Below, piece after piece: positions 9,950 through 18,268 of a DNA stretch of 64,000 nucleotides; the first letter of the stretch is position 1, and the number at the start of each line of letters is the position of its first letter. The notes below the pieces were generated by a model that saw only the letters and a list, made by a program, of their open reading frames with translations, ran no database searches and was not told the origin of the DNA. The translations under genes were made by a program, and so were the position numbers. The DNA comes from a virus. Where the stretch lies: positions 1 to 64,000 of the IMG/VR virus record IMGVR_UViG_3300042503_002645; one strand, given 5' to 3'.

Positions 9950-10947
9950 GTAATTCATCGCCGACGACCGCGCCGCGCAAGATAATCTTTCGCAACTGGC
10001 AAAGCCCGGGCGACCTCGTGATGCTGCTGTTCGCCATCACGAGCCTGCACGAGTCGCATCCGGGCAAGTTCATCACGGACGTGGACTGCGGCGTCAAAGA
10101 TATCTTTGAGCACAATCCTCTGATTACGCCGCTGGACCGCGCGGATTCGGATGTCGAGGTGGTCCACGCCGAGTACCCGAGCATTCACCGCTCGAACACG
10201 CACTCGGTGCGGTTCGTCGAGGCTTTTGGCGAGTACCTGAGTGAGAAGCTGGGCGTGCCGATCAAGCCGACGCGCTTCCACAGCGTGCTGTACATCACGC
10301 CCGAGGAGCAGGGCTGGTTTTCGGGCGTCTACGAAAAACTCCAGAAAGACGTGCCGTACTGGGTCATCAACGCGGGGCACAAGTACGACTACACGGCCAA
10401 GGCCTGGAGCTTCGCGCGCTACCAGGAGCTGGTCGCCCGCTTCCCCGACGTCTGGTTCGTCCAGGTCGGCGCCAAGGAGCACAACCACCCCGAGCTGACC
10501 GGCCCCAACGTTCTGAACTTCATCGGGCAGACCACGATCCGGCAGATGATCCGTTTGGTCTACAACTCGTTCGGCGTGATCTCCGGCGTCAGCTTCCCCA
10601 TGCACCTGGCCTACGCTGTGCCGCCGCACCCGCGGTTCAATCGAAGTAGCCGCGCCAACATCACCATCGCAGGCGGTCGCGAGCCATCGCACTGGGAGGA
10701 GGGACCCAACCACCAGTTCCTCCATACGTGTGGTATGCTCCCCTGCTGCGACATGGGCGGCTGCTGGAAGAGCCGAGTGATCCCGCTGGGCGACAACGAC
10801 TACAAGGACAAGAACCTTTGCAGTCGCCCAGTGGTCATGGAAAACGGCCAGTGGATCGGCGAGTGCATGGCGATGATCAGCGTGGACGAAGTCGCCCGGC
10901 ACATTGAGCGGTACATGGCCTACTTGGATTACTCTCCTAAATTCTGA
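9946..10947 (+). CDS. Glycosyltransferase family 9-like (heptosyltransferase-like, GT-B)
   Basis: SPGDLVM, FEHNP, K.W....YQELV, FVQVG, GQTTIRQ, SFPMHLAYA and a C-terminal CM..I.V.EV pattern. Confidence 0.8.
   Translation: MSNSSPTTAPRKIIFRNWQSPGDLVMLLFAITSLHESHPGKFITDVDCGVKDIFEHNPLITPLDRADSDVEVVHAEYPSIHRSNTHSVRFVEAFGEYLSEKLGVPIKPTRFHSVLYITPEEQGWFSGVYEKLQKDVPYWVINAGHKYDYTAKAWSFARYQELVARFPDVWFVQVGAKEHNHPELTGPNVLNFIGQTTIRQMIRLVYNSFGVISGVSFPMHLAYAVPPHPRFNRSSRANITIAGGREPSHWEEGPNHQFLHTCGMLPCCDMGGCWKSRVIPLGDNDYKDKNLCSRPVVMENGQWIGECMAMISVDEVARHIERYMAYLDYSPKF
10094..10109. repeat. Perfect 16-bp palindrome TCAAAGATATCTTTGA
   Basis: Read directly; lies inside the GT9-like CDS. Confidence 0.8.
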
Positions 10948-10957
10948 AGGATCAGAG

Positions 10958-11482
10958 ATGCCCCACGAAGACGACATCGAGTGGCTGCGAACAGCGCTGG
11001 CACACGCGGCGGCCTATTCAGACGACCCGCGGACGCAGAACGGCGCGGTGATTGTGGCGCAGCCTGGCGGCTACCCCCTCGGCGAGCCGCATTTTGTCGT
11101 GGCCGCAAATTGTTTTCCTGTCGGCGGCATCGGCAGGATTCAGGTCACCGACGAGCGCCTGGACCCGGCCACGAAGCTAACGTACATGGAGCACGCTGAG
11201 CGTGGCGCGATCTACAGGGCCGCGGCGGACCGCGTCACGACCTGGGGCTCGACAATGTACTGCCCGTGGTTCGCCTGCGTGGATTGCGCCCGGGCGATTA
11301 TCTGTTCGGGCATCAAGCGTGTCGTCGGGCTCAAGAAGCCGCGGCTGCTTACTCCCGAGCGTTGGCGGGCGACGATCGAGCAGGCCGATGCGCTGCTGGC
11401 CGAGGCGCACGTTCGCGTCGACCTGCTCGAGGACGAGATCGGTGTCGAGATCCTGTTCAACGGCGAAAAGGTGGTGCTGTGA
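10958..11482 (+). CDS. dCMP deaminase
   Basis: S.DP.TQNGAVIV, HAE, and PWFACVDC Zn-binding motif followed by IICSGIKRVV. Confidence 0.9.
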   Translation: MPHEDDIEWLRTALAHAAAYSDDPRTQNGAVIVAQPGGYPLGEPHFVVAANCFPVGGIGRIQVTDERLDPATKLTYMEHAERGAIYRAAADRVTTWGSTMYCPWFACVDCARAIICSGIKRVVGLKKPRLLTPERWRATIEQADALLAEAHVRVDLLEDEIGVEILFNGEKVVL

Positions 11483-12012
11483 TGCTTTCTCGAGACGACC
11501 TTGGCCCGTGGATGACCGAGCGTGGCTACACCCGGGCCGCGGAGATCGGTGTCTGGAAGGGCGAGTTCTCGGCTCGGCTCCTGAGCACCTGGGACGGGAC
11601 GCTCCACATGATCGACGCCTGGCGGCACCTCGAGGGCTACCAGGACCAGTGCAACCTGCCGGACGAGGAGCACGAGCGTTGCCTCGAAAAAGCTCAGCTC
11701 GTTGCCAGCGCCTTTGCGCCGCGGGGGCTGATTCTGCGTGGATTGTCGCTGGACGTCGCGCCAATGCTTCCGGACGGCTACTTCGACTTGGTCTACCTGG
11801 ACGCCGACCACAGTTACGAAGCGGTCATGCAGGACCTGGCAGCCTGGCGGCCCAAGCTTCGCGCTGGCGGCACGCTCGGCGGGCATGATTACATCGACGG
11901 CGTCCGCGAAGAGGGCGTGTTCGGCGTCAAGACGGCCGTGCACGAGTTCTTTGGGCGCCCGCCTGAGATCATTACGAGCGACTACTACCCCAGCTGGTTC
12001 TACACCGTATGA
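11482..12012 (+). CDS. Class I SAM-dependent methyltransferase (Methyltransf_24-like)
   Basis: AEIGVWKG, FDLVYLDADHSYEAV..DL..W..KL..GG.L.GHDY. Confidence 0.9.
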   Translation: MLSRDDLGPWMTERGYTRAAEIGVWKGEFSARLLSTWDGTLHMIDAWRHLEGYQDQCNLPDEEHERCLEKAQLVASAFAPRGLILRGLSLDVAPMLPDGYFDLVYLDADHSYEAVMQDLAAWRPKLRAGGTLGGHDYIDGVREEGVFGVKTAVHEFFGRPPEIITSDYYPSWFYTV

Positions 12013-12419
12013 CCCCCTTTCGGCGTACGCACATCGCGCTGGACTTCGATCGCACGTTTACCAGCGACATTGAACTGTGGCGGCACCTGATTCGGCTGTT
12101 TGCGCAGCGCGGGCACCGGGTCTATCTGGTTACCGGTCGGCACGATCGTCCGGACAACCACGAGCTGGTGGAACGCGTCGTGGGTGCGCTGGCGTACAAG
12201 TTCCTGAGCGGCTGCGTCTTCTGCAACCACGCGCCCAAGCGCGACGTGATGGAGGCGCGCAGCATTATGATTGACATCTGGATTGACGATTTGCCAGAAA
12301 TGATCGGGCATAACGACCAAGCAGTGTTTCGCAAGCTTGAAGCGCAGCAGCACGTCACCGAGACGTTGCCGGTCTTCGAGCCGGGCGCCGTTGATCCGGC
12401 CGCTGTCTGGCCGTCTTAG
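12009..12419 (+). CDS. HAD-superfamily hydrolase-like protein
   Basis: IALDFDRT motif I, LVTGR, K, and WIDD motif IV. Confidence 0.75.
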   Translation: MTPFRRTHIALDFDRTFTSDIELWRHLIRLFAQRGHRVYLVTGRHDRPDNHELVERVVGALAYKFLSGCVFCNHAPKRDVMEARSIMIDIWIDDLPEMIGHNDQAVFRKLEAQQHVTETLPVFEPGAVDPAAVWPS

Positions 12420-12431
12420 TGAGAACACGTC

Positions 12432-13724
12432 ATGCGCTCGTGGGACTTTTTCGACACGCTTCTGGGGCGCGCTTGCGGCGAGCCATGGCGTGTGTTTGAA
12501 CTGATCGGCGGCGCGGAGTTCAAGCAGCTCCGGCAGCAAGCTGAGCAGAAGAGCGACAAGTCGTACGCGGGGATCTACGCGCAGCTCAAGACGATGACCG
12601 GCTGGTCGTCGGAGAAAGTCGCCGAGCTGGCCGAGCAAGAGCTGGACTGGGAGCGCCGCCTGGCATTTCCCATTCGTGAGAACGTGAGCCAGGTCGCACC
12701 CGGCGATTACGTGATCACCGACACGTATCTCGACGCGGCCCAGGTGCGCGAACTGGCCGACCGCGTCGGTGTGCCCGCCGTGCAGATCATCGCGACTTAC
12801 GGCGGCAAGCATCACGGGACTGTCTGGCGCGATCTGCAGAAACAGCGCGCGGCGATCGTGACCCACACCGGCGACAACCGGCACGCCGACTTCGACCAGG
12901 CGCGGCGGCATCAGTTTCAGTCCGTTCACTACCGGGGCGGCGAGCTAATTGGCATAGAGAAGACGTTTGTTGTCAGCGGGCACTGGGACGTTGCTGGGCT
13001 ATCCCGCTGCGTGCGGCTCCAGAATCCGTACGCGCGGCCCGATCCGCGCGCGGCCGCGTGGAATCAGCAGGCGAACTACAACATTCCGTTCTTGCTGTTT
13101 TGCGCGGCTGAGCTGCGCAATTACATCGGGCACCAGCGGCGGCGCAAAGTGTTCTTTCTGTCGCGCGACACCTGCCTGCTGCAGCGGGTGTTTCAGGCGC
13201 TCTATCCGGACATCCCCGCTGAGACGTTCTACGCCAGCCGTCAAACCTACACCCACCCAAGCGCGCACTTTATCGAGTACGCGAAGCGCGCCGCGGAAAC
13301 ACCGGGTGCGCTGTTCGTGGATCTGCAGGGCACCGGCAAGAGCGTCAACACGTTTTCGACTGCGCAGGGCGTGTCGTTGCCGTACTTGTACTGTGCCGCG
13401 CCCGCAAAGCTGCAACTGTACTGCCCGGCGCTCTACAGGCTTTCTTACGTCGGGACGGAGCTCGAGGTCTTCAACTACGACGTGCAGGGCCGCGTGATCG
13501 ACGTGGTGAACGGGCAGCCCGTCCGAGACAAGGTCGAGTACGATGTGACGTTGGTTGAGGCGGGGCACGCGGCGGTCGATTGCCTGTTGCGGTCTCTCTT
13601 CCGCGCGCCCCAGCAGGCTGACGAAAAGCTCACCAATATGCTGTTCGCCAAGATTCGGCACCACGCGCCGCGCGGGCTACTGCAGCAGCACCAGGTCTAT
13701 CACCCCATCGTCAAGCCGAAATAG
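12432..13724 (+). CDS. HAD-like hydrolase of glycan clusters
   Basis: SWDFFDTLL.R, ITDTYL, HTGDN.HAD, FLSRD, ASR and FVDL.GTG motifs. Confidence 0.75.
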   Translation: MRSWDFFDTLLGRACGEPWRVFELIGGAEFKQLRQQAEQKSDKSYAGIYAQLKTMTGWSSEKVAELAEQELDWERRLAFPIRENVSQVAPGDYVITDTYLDAAQVRELADRVGVPAVQIIATYGGKHHGTVWRDLQKQRAAIVTHTGDNRHADFDQARRHQFQSVHYRGGELIGIEKTFVVSGHWDVAGLSRCVRLQNPYARPDPRAAAWNQQANYNIPFLLFCAAELRNYIGHQRRRKVFFLSRDTCLLQRVFQALYPDIPAETFYASRQTYTHPSAHFIEYAKRAAETPGALFVDLQGTGKSVNTFSTAQGVSLPYLYCAAPAKLQLYCPALYRLSYVGTELEVFNYDVQGRVIDVVNGQPVRDKVEYDVTLVEAGHAAVDCLLRSLFRAPQQADEKLTNMLFAKIRHHAPRGLLQQHQVYHPIVKPK

Positions 13725-13726
13725 CC

Positions 13727-14353
13727 GTGTACGCCTCGATTCCGGCCTTCTGCATCAACCTTGATACCCGGCCGGATCGGTGGGCGCAGGCCGAGGCTGA
13801 GTTTCAGCGCGTGGCGTGGCCGGTCGAGCGCTGGCCCGCGATGCGCTACGCAACCTCGCCGGTTCCCGGACTTTCGGCAGGCGCGGCTGGCTGTCTGGAA
13901 AGCCATCGGCAGCTCTGGCGGCACTGCCTGGCTGCGGGTTTCTCCGTCATGGCTGTCTTCGAGGACGACGGCGTGCTGGCGCCGCGGTTCAAAGATATCT
14001 ATTCCAGCGTGGCGGCCCAGCTACCCGCGGACTGGGAAGTCTGGCACCTGCACAGCACCCACGCCCGGACAGCGCCCGTCAGCGAGGCCATCGTGGCGTA
14101 CCGGAGCAACGGCTGGGGCTCGCACGGCTACCTGATTCGACCCAGCGCCTGCGAGAAGCTCCTGCAGCTGGACAGCGCGCAGCCGGTCGACGCGCAGCTC
14201 ACCGGCGGCCTGCTCGCGTTGGGTGGACAACCCTATGGTACGGCGCTAGGCTGCGCCCTCTGTTTGCAACGCGGCGAAGATACGGACATCCCGGTGAACT
14301 CGCAGGTCGACTATTGGCGTCGGTTGCGCGGGCGCCTTTTTGAAGGACGTTAA
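13727..14353 (+). CDS. Glycosyltransferase family 25-like
   Basis: CINL..RPDRW, GCLESH..LW, VFEDD, HGYLI and PVD motifs. Confidence 0.85.
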   Translation: MYASIPAFCINLDTRPDRWAQAEAEFQRVAWPVERWPAMRYATSPVPGLSAGAAGCLESHRQLWRHCLAAGFSVMAVFEDDGVLAPRFKDIYSSVAAQLPADWEVWHLHSTHARTAPVSEAIVAYRSNGWGSHGYLIRPSACEKLLQLDSAQPVDAQLTGGLLALGGQPYGTALGCALCLQRGEDTDIPVNSQVDYWRRLRGRLFEGR

Positions 14354-14873
14354 CGTGGCCAGGCATGAAGAAGACAAGGCGCACCGCAAACTCGTCGACG
14401 ACTGGATCCGGGGGCCGCGAGAGAGCAGCGGCGACGCGTTGATCCTGATTGCGCACCTGGGCAACATCGATGGCCAGGACGTCGAGCTCCAGAACACCCC
14501 GGCGTATCTCCAGGCAGCGCTCGCGCAGGGCTGGCACGTCTGCTGCGATGTCGTCTCCCGGCACGGCGGCTTTGCGCTGCCGACCCAGCGCGGCCTGGCG
14601 CCGATGCCGTACTCAATGCTGTCTCACGCGCGGGTCTGGTGCCGCGCAGCCGACCCCGAAACGTTCGACGCCCTGGCACAGGTCGGCGCCCACATTGTCC
14701 TCCGCGACACGAACTCCTGGTCGCCCACCAATCACGGTTATCTCTGGACACACCCCGACGCGCCCCTGACGCCGCGCTCTATCGCGGCCTACCCCGAACT
14801 TGCGGCGCCAGATTGGTTGAAATCCCGCGAAATTGCGGGAATCTGCAGCAACGAAATCGCGCGCTATCTATAA
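14340..14873 (+). CDS. Degenerate glycerophosphodiester phosphodiesterase-like phage protein
   Basis: LIAHLGNIDG...NTP.Y...AL..G..V..DV and C-terminal GICS resemble a phage GDPD-like family. The true start may be TTG at 14439. Confidence 0.5.
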   Translation: MKDVNVARHEEDKAHRKLVDDWIRGPRESSGDALILIAHLGNIDGQDVELQNTPAYLQAALAQGWHVCCDVVSRHGGFALPTQRGLAPMPYSMLSHARVWCRAADPETFDALAQVGAHIVLRDTNSWSPTNHGYLWTHPDAPLTPRSIAAYPELAAPDWLKSREIAGICSNEIARYL

Positions 14874-14901
14874 TGCGGCAGTGCCGCTGTTCTTTGACAA
14901 C

Positions 14902-15206
14902 CTTTTTGCGCCCGTCTATTGAGACGTGATAAATTGGTGTTTGCGCGTGAAAACGTGCAAATGCTGCGAGTTAGTCGTGGTGGCCGACTGGTTAGGTGCT
15001 ATTTCGGCGGCATGGATGCTTTCGGGGTAGCGGGAACCGTGGTCAGATCATGACGTGAACACGGTCGGAGGCGCGGTGAATGCCACACGGGGCGAACATA
15101 TGCCTTTGTAAGTCACCGCATTACTTCAGCTTGCTGAAGTTGGACCTGGGGGTAGGGGATCCCAGGAGCTCGCGGCACAACAATCGATTTATTTACGCGC
15201 AGAGGG
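14902..15206 (+). ncRNA. Large multibranch structured RNA / 5' leader of the holin-like gene
   Basis: Nested long-range stems (14902-14911/15197-15206, 14925-14939/15183-15197, 14962-14972/15167-15177) enclose at least six hairpins, and a GAAA-capped hairpin lies at 14940-14961. TATAAT occurs at 14869-14874. Confidence 0.6.
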
Positions 15207-15214
15207 CTGATGGG

Positions 15215-15553
15215 ATGTTTTTAGACGCAACTCATCCGCTCTGGGTATTTCTCAGCGCGTTCGGGGTGTCGTCGTTTGCCGGGCTGGCCACGTATCTCCG
15301 TTTTTCGCGTAAAATGTCGCGGCTCGGCCTGCTTAGCGCTATGCTGAATGCGGGTTGTCTCGGGCTGGCGATTTCGCTGCTCTGGTACCGGCATTTCCGG
15401 GAATCGGAGAACATTTATGGCCTCATCGGAATCTGCGTGTTCGCAGGCATGAGCGGGTCGGCGGTCACCGACGTTGTGTGGTCGATTCTTTCTGGATCCG
15501 GAATCAAGGTAAACATTACCCACGAACACAACAGGAGCAACGAAGATGAGTGA
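15215..15553 (+). CDS. Putative holin (three TM segments)
   Basis: 112 aa with three hydrophobic helices, a G..G.SG motif in TM3 and a charged C-terminal tail, typical of class I (LydA-like) holins. Confidence 0.55.
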   Translation: MFLDATHPLWVFLSAFGVSSFAGLATYLRFSRKMSRLGLLSAMLNAGCLGLAISLLWYRHFRESENIYGLIGICVFAGMSGSAVTDVVWSILSGSGIKVNITHEHNRSNEDE

Positions 15554-15695
15554 CCGAAAACTTCGCGTGACTCTGAGCGCGGCGGCTTGGTGCGCCACGC
15601 TCTTGTGGGCCCTGGCGCTGCTTTCGTCCGCTTCAGCGGTCAGTAATAGCCGCGCGGTTATGGCGTCCGAAGCAACAAGAAGCGCGCGTCCATGA
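15546..15695 (+). CDS. Small signal-peptide/membrane protein (49 aa; not in ORF track)
   Basis: AGGAG RBS; MSDRKLRVTLSAAAWCATLLWALALLSSASAVSNSRAVMASEATRSARP*. Overlaps both neighbours. Confidence 0.55.
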   Translation: MSDRKLRVTLSAAAWCATLLWALALLSSASAVSNSRAVMASEATRSARP

Positions 15696-16252
15696 CTTTT
15701 CTCACAGCCATGATGCTTGAACAACCTGCTGGAAAACGGCGCAATTTCGCGACCTGGTGGGCGTTCGCCGCCTCGGTTGCGTGCGCACTGCTGCTTTGGC
15801 ACAACGTCGCGCAGATTAACGCGCGCCAAAGCGAGATCATGAAGATCATCAACTACTCGACGGACGGAATCGTCGTCTGCGACCGGAATGGCAAGGTGCT
15901 CTTTGCCAATGACGCGACGCAGACGATTACCGGATTCAGCGAGCGCGACCTGGTTGACTCTGGCCTGGCGCAAATCATCCCGAACTACCTGCACGACAAG
16001 CATCGCCAGGGCCTCGAGCGCGCCAAAGACAAGAGCGCGCGCGGCATCGAAGGCGTCTTCTATCGAAACATCTATCCGGTCACGCGCAAGGACGGCGAAA
16101 CGATTATTTGTCTGATCAGCGTCGGTAGCGTGCTTCACTTTGGCGGCCCGCAGTTCTTCGCTTACATCACACCCGTTGCCGAGCCGACGGAAAGAAAGTC
16201 TTCCGTCAAACCTGGCGCACTGTCCAGCGTTCCGTCCTCGAGCGCGAAGTGA
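15692..16252 (+). CDS. Membrane-anchored stand-alone PAS-domain protein
   Basis: N-terminal TM, then DGIVVCDRNGKVLFANDA...ITGFS..DL....L..IIP......H and RKDG PAS signature. No kinase or other output domain. Confidence 0.85.
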   Translation: MTFLTAMMLEQPAGKRRNFATWWAFAASVACALLLWHNVAQINARQSEIMKIINYSTDGIVVCDRNGKVLFANDATQTITGFSERDLVDSGLAQIIPNYLHDKHRQGLERAKDKSARGIEGVFYRNIYPVTRKDGETIICLISVGSVLHFGGPQFFAYITPVAEPTERKSSVKPGALSSVPSSSAK

Positions 16253-16262
16253 GGTGACGGCC

Positions 16263-17993
16263 ATGGACGGCTTTTCTGTGCTTGACCCGCTGGCGTGGGA
16301 TCCGTGCGCCATTAAGTTCCACCCGGCCTATCTTGCCGGTAATACGGCAGGTTGGCTGTCGAAGAGTGGCGCTGTTACTGGCACCGACCATTACCTATCC
16401 GGGCGGCTGTACGTCTCGAAGAGTGGCTACCTGCTCCTCTCGGTGCCCAATGCCCTGGTCCGCGGCGTGTTTGACGCCATGACGGCCCCGGGCGTCGAGC
16501 TGCCCACGATGAACGCCTTCAAGGGCGAGGCGGCTGACAAAGAACTGCTCAACGCTCACATCACAGTGATGACCGATGCCGAGGTCGATAAGATCGGCCC
16601 CGACAAGATCAACGAGCGCGGACATCACTTTCACTACGCCCTGGGCCCGGTCCGCGAGTTCTCGCCCAAGACCGAGAGCCTGAGCCGCGTGTGGGCGATC
16701 CAGGTCGCCAGCCCCGAGTTGGCTGCGCTGCGCAAGAGTTACGGCCTGTCGGCGCTGCCCAACGGCGACCACCAGTTTCACATCACGGTTGCCGTGCGCC
16801 GGAAGAACGTCCTGGGCGCTAACGAAGTCGCTAAGATCGACGGCAGCCGGGGCGAGCTCAAGGCGGCAGCCGATCACACGGTGACTTACGACTGCGGGTG
16901 CTCGGGGCCGTGTTCATGCCCTGATACCTGTATTTGCAAGCAAAGCGGCCGGTGTGGTGCGGCACACAAAGCAGCAGCGACTGAAAAGCTGCCCTGGCGC
17001 GAGCGCGCTGAGGTTTACGCGCGCGACCCGAACACTGGCAAGCTGTACGGCGGCAAGTGGGACAACGACGGCTCTTTTGCCCTTCCAGGTGGCGGCATCG
17101 ACCCTGGCGAGGATCCGGCAACGGCAGCGTTGCGCGAGCTGGAAGAAGAGACCGGTATCAAAGCCACCAACGCGCGCGTGTTGCCAATTCCGGCGGTGGA
17201 TTCGCCGTGGAGTGACGCCGTTCGCGCCGAAAAAGCTAAACAAGGGCGCGGTAACTTTGCCGGTTCGCGCACGCACTTTGTTGCTGCCGACATCGTGAAC
17301 CACCCCAAACGCGATGGTCTGGACTACTGGGCCGCGAAAGACAGGGGATACTACGACCCGGCCGACGCGCTAAAGATCATGCAGGGCGTAAAGAAGTTCA
17401 ACGTGCCTAGCATTGCCAACGCGCGGATGGCCGCCATCAACCATCTCATTGCTGAAGCGTCCAAAAAGCAAGCTGCCGCGGTCAAAGACGTCCTGTCCGG
17501 CGGCGAAGCGGATCACAAGCCCGATAGCGAGTTTCCCCAGGAGGCCTTGGCAGAAGGCAAAAAGCATGAGCGAGAACACACGGACAATGCAGAAGTCGCC
17601 GAAGAAATTGCCAAGGATCACCTGTCCGAAGACCCCGCGTACTACGAAAAAGCTAAAGCCCTAGAGAAGCTCTCGAACAGCGTTTACCTGAATCAGGCGT
17701 TTCAGGCGCTCAACCCGGCGACGATCGGCGGGCTCACCCCGTACGACCCGAGCAAACCGGTCTTCGAGAACATCCACCATCAGCTCGCCGAGGCCAAAAA
17801 CCGCGGCGACTTCATCCTGCAGTCGCAGCGCAACTACCAGATGTGGCGCGCGGCTCAGGACCCGCAGTATCGTTACCAGCTTGCCATGCAGGCCGTTCGC
17901 GGCGACATGCCTCAGCCCAGCGTGTTCGATCAGGCGATTGAGCGCTACGGCGACCAGGCGGCCGCGAGCCTTGGTTTTGGACCAGGGAGGTGA
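16263..17993 (+). CDS. Multidomain protein: 2H phosphoesterase + Cys-rich knot + Nudix hydrolase + DUF5661-like domain
   Basis: Two HITV motifs (~16557, ~16779); CGCSGPCSCPDTCICK; Nudix box GGGIDPGEDPATAALRELEEETG; EGKKHEREH...IAKDHLSEDPAYY. Confidence 0.8.
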   Translation: MDGFSVLDPLAWDPCAIKFHPAYLAGNTAGWLSKSGAVTGTDHYLSGRLYVSKSGYLLLSVPNALVRGVFDAMTAPGVELPTMNAFKGEAADKELLNAHITVMTDAEVDKIGPDKINERGHHFHYALGPVREFSPKTESLSRVWAIQVASPELAALRKSYGLSALPNGDHQFHITVAVRRKNVLGANEVAKIDGSRGELKAAADHTVTYDCGCSGPCSCPDTCICKQSGRCGAAHKAAATEKLPWRERAEVYARDPNTGKLYGGKWDNDGSFALPGGGIDPGEDPATAALRELEEETGIKATNARVLPIPAVDSPWSDAVRAEKAKQGRGNFAGSRTHFVAADIVNHPKRDGLDYWAAKDRGYYDPADALKIMQGVKKFNVPSIANARMAAINHLIAEASKKQAAAVKDVLSGGEADHKPDSEFPQEALAEGKKHEREHTDNAEVAEEIAKDHLSEDPAYYEKAKALEKLSNSVYLNQAFQALNPATIGGLTPYDPSKPVFENIHHQLAEAKNRGDFILQSQRNYQMWRAAQDPQYRYQLAMQAVRGDMPQPSVFDQAIERYGDQAAASLGFGPGR

Positions 17994-17995
17994 AC

Positions 17996-18265
17996 ATGCC
18001 GCTTTTCCCGTGGAGACCCAAGAACCCCGATACCCCTGCGCCGCTGCCCCCGGCGCCCTTGCCGACGCCCGACGACGTGGCCAACCCAGCCCGGGCGGCC
18101 TGGCTTAAGGCGCTGTATCTCCTGCGCCAAATCGACAAGCAGAAGCTGGGTGTGGCGGTATTTACGGTGCCGGTCATTGTGTTCCTGGCGCTGTCGGGTG
18201 TGGTACTTTGGGGTTATGTCCTGTGCCGCGGGGCCTGGAAGTTCGTCAAATCCGTTTTCGCGTGA
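17996..18265 (+). CDS. Small membrane protein
   Basis: GGGAGG RBS; one long hydrophobic segment. Confidence 0.6.
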   Translation: MPLFPWRPKNPDTPAPLPPAPLPTPDDVANPARAAWLKALYLLRQIDKQKLGVAVFTVPVIVFLALSGVVLWGYVLCRGAWKFVKSVFA

Positions 18266-18268
18266 ACC

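Noticed and set aside
14962-15177. tRNA, tmRNA or group I intron interpretation of the structured region
   Set aside because: No TTCGA T-loop, CCA end, tag reading frame or P7-type core was recognised. Retained only as an unclassified RNA.
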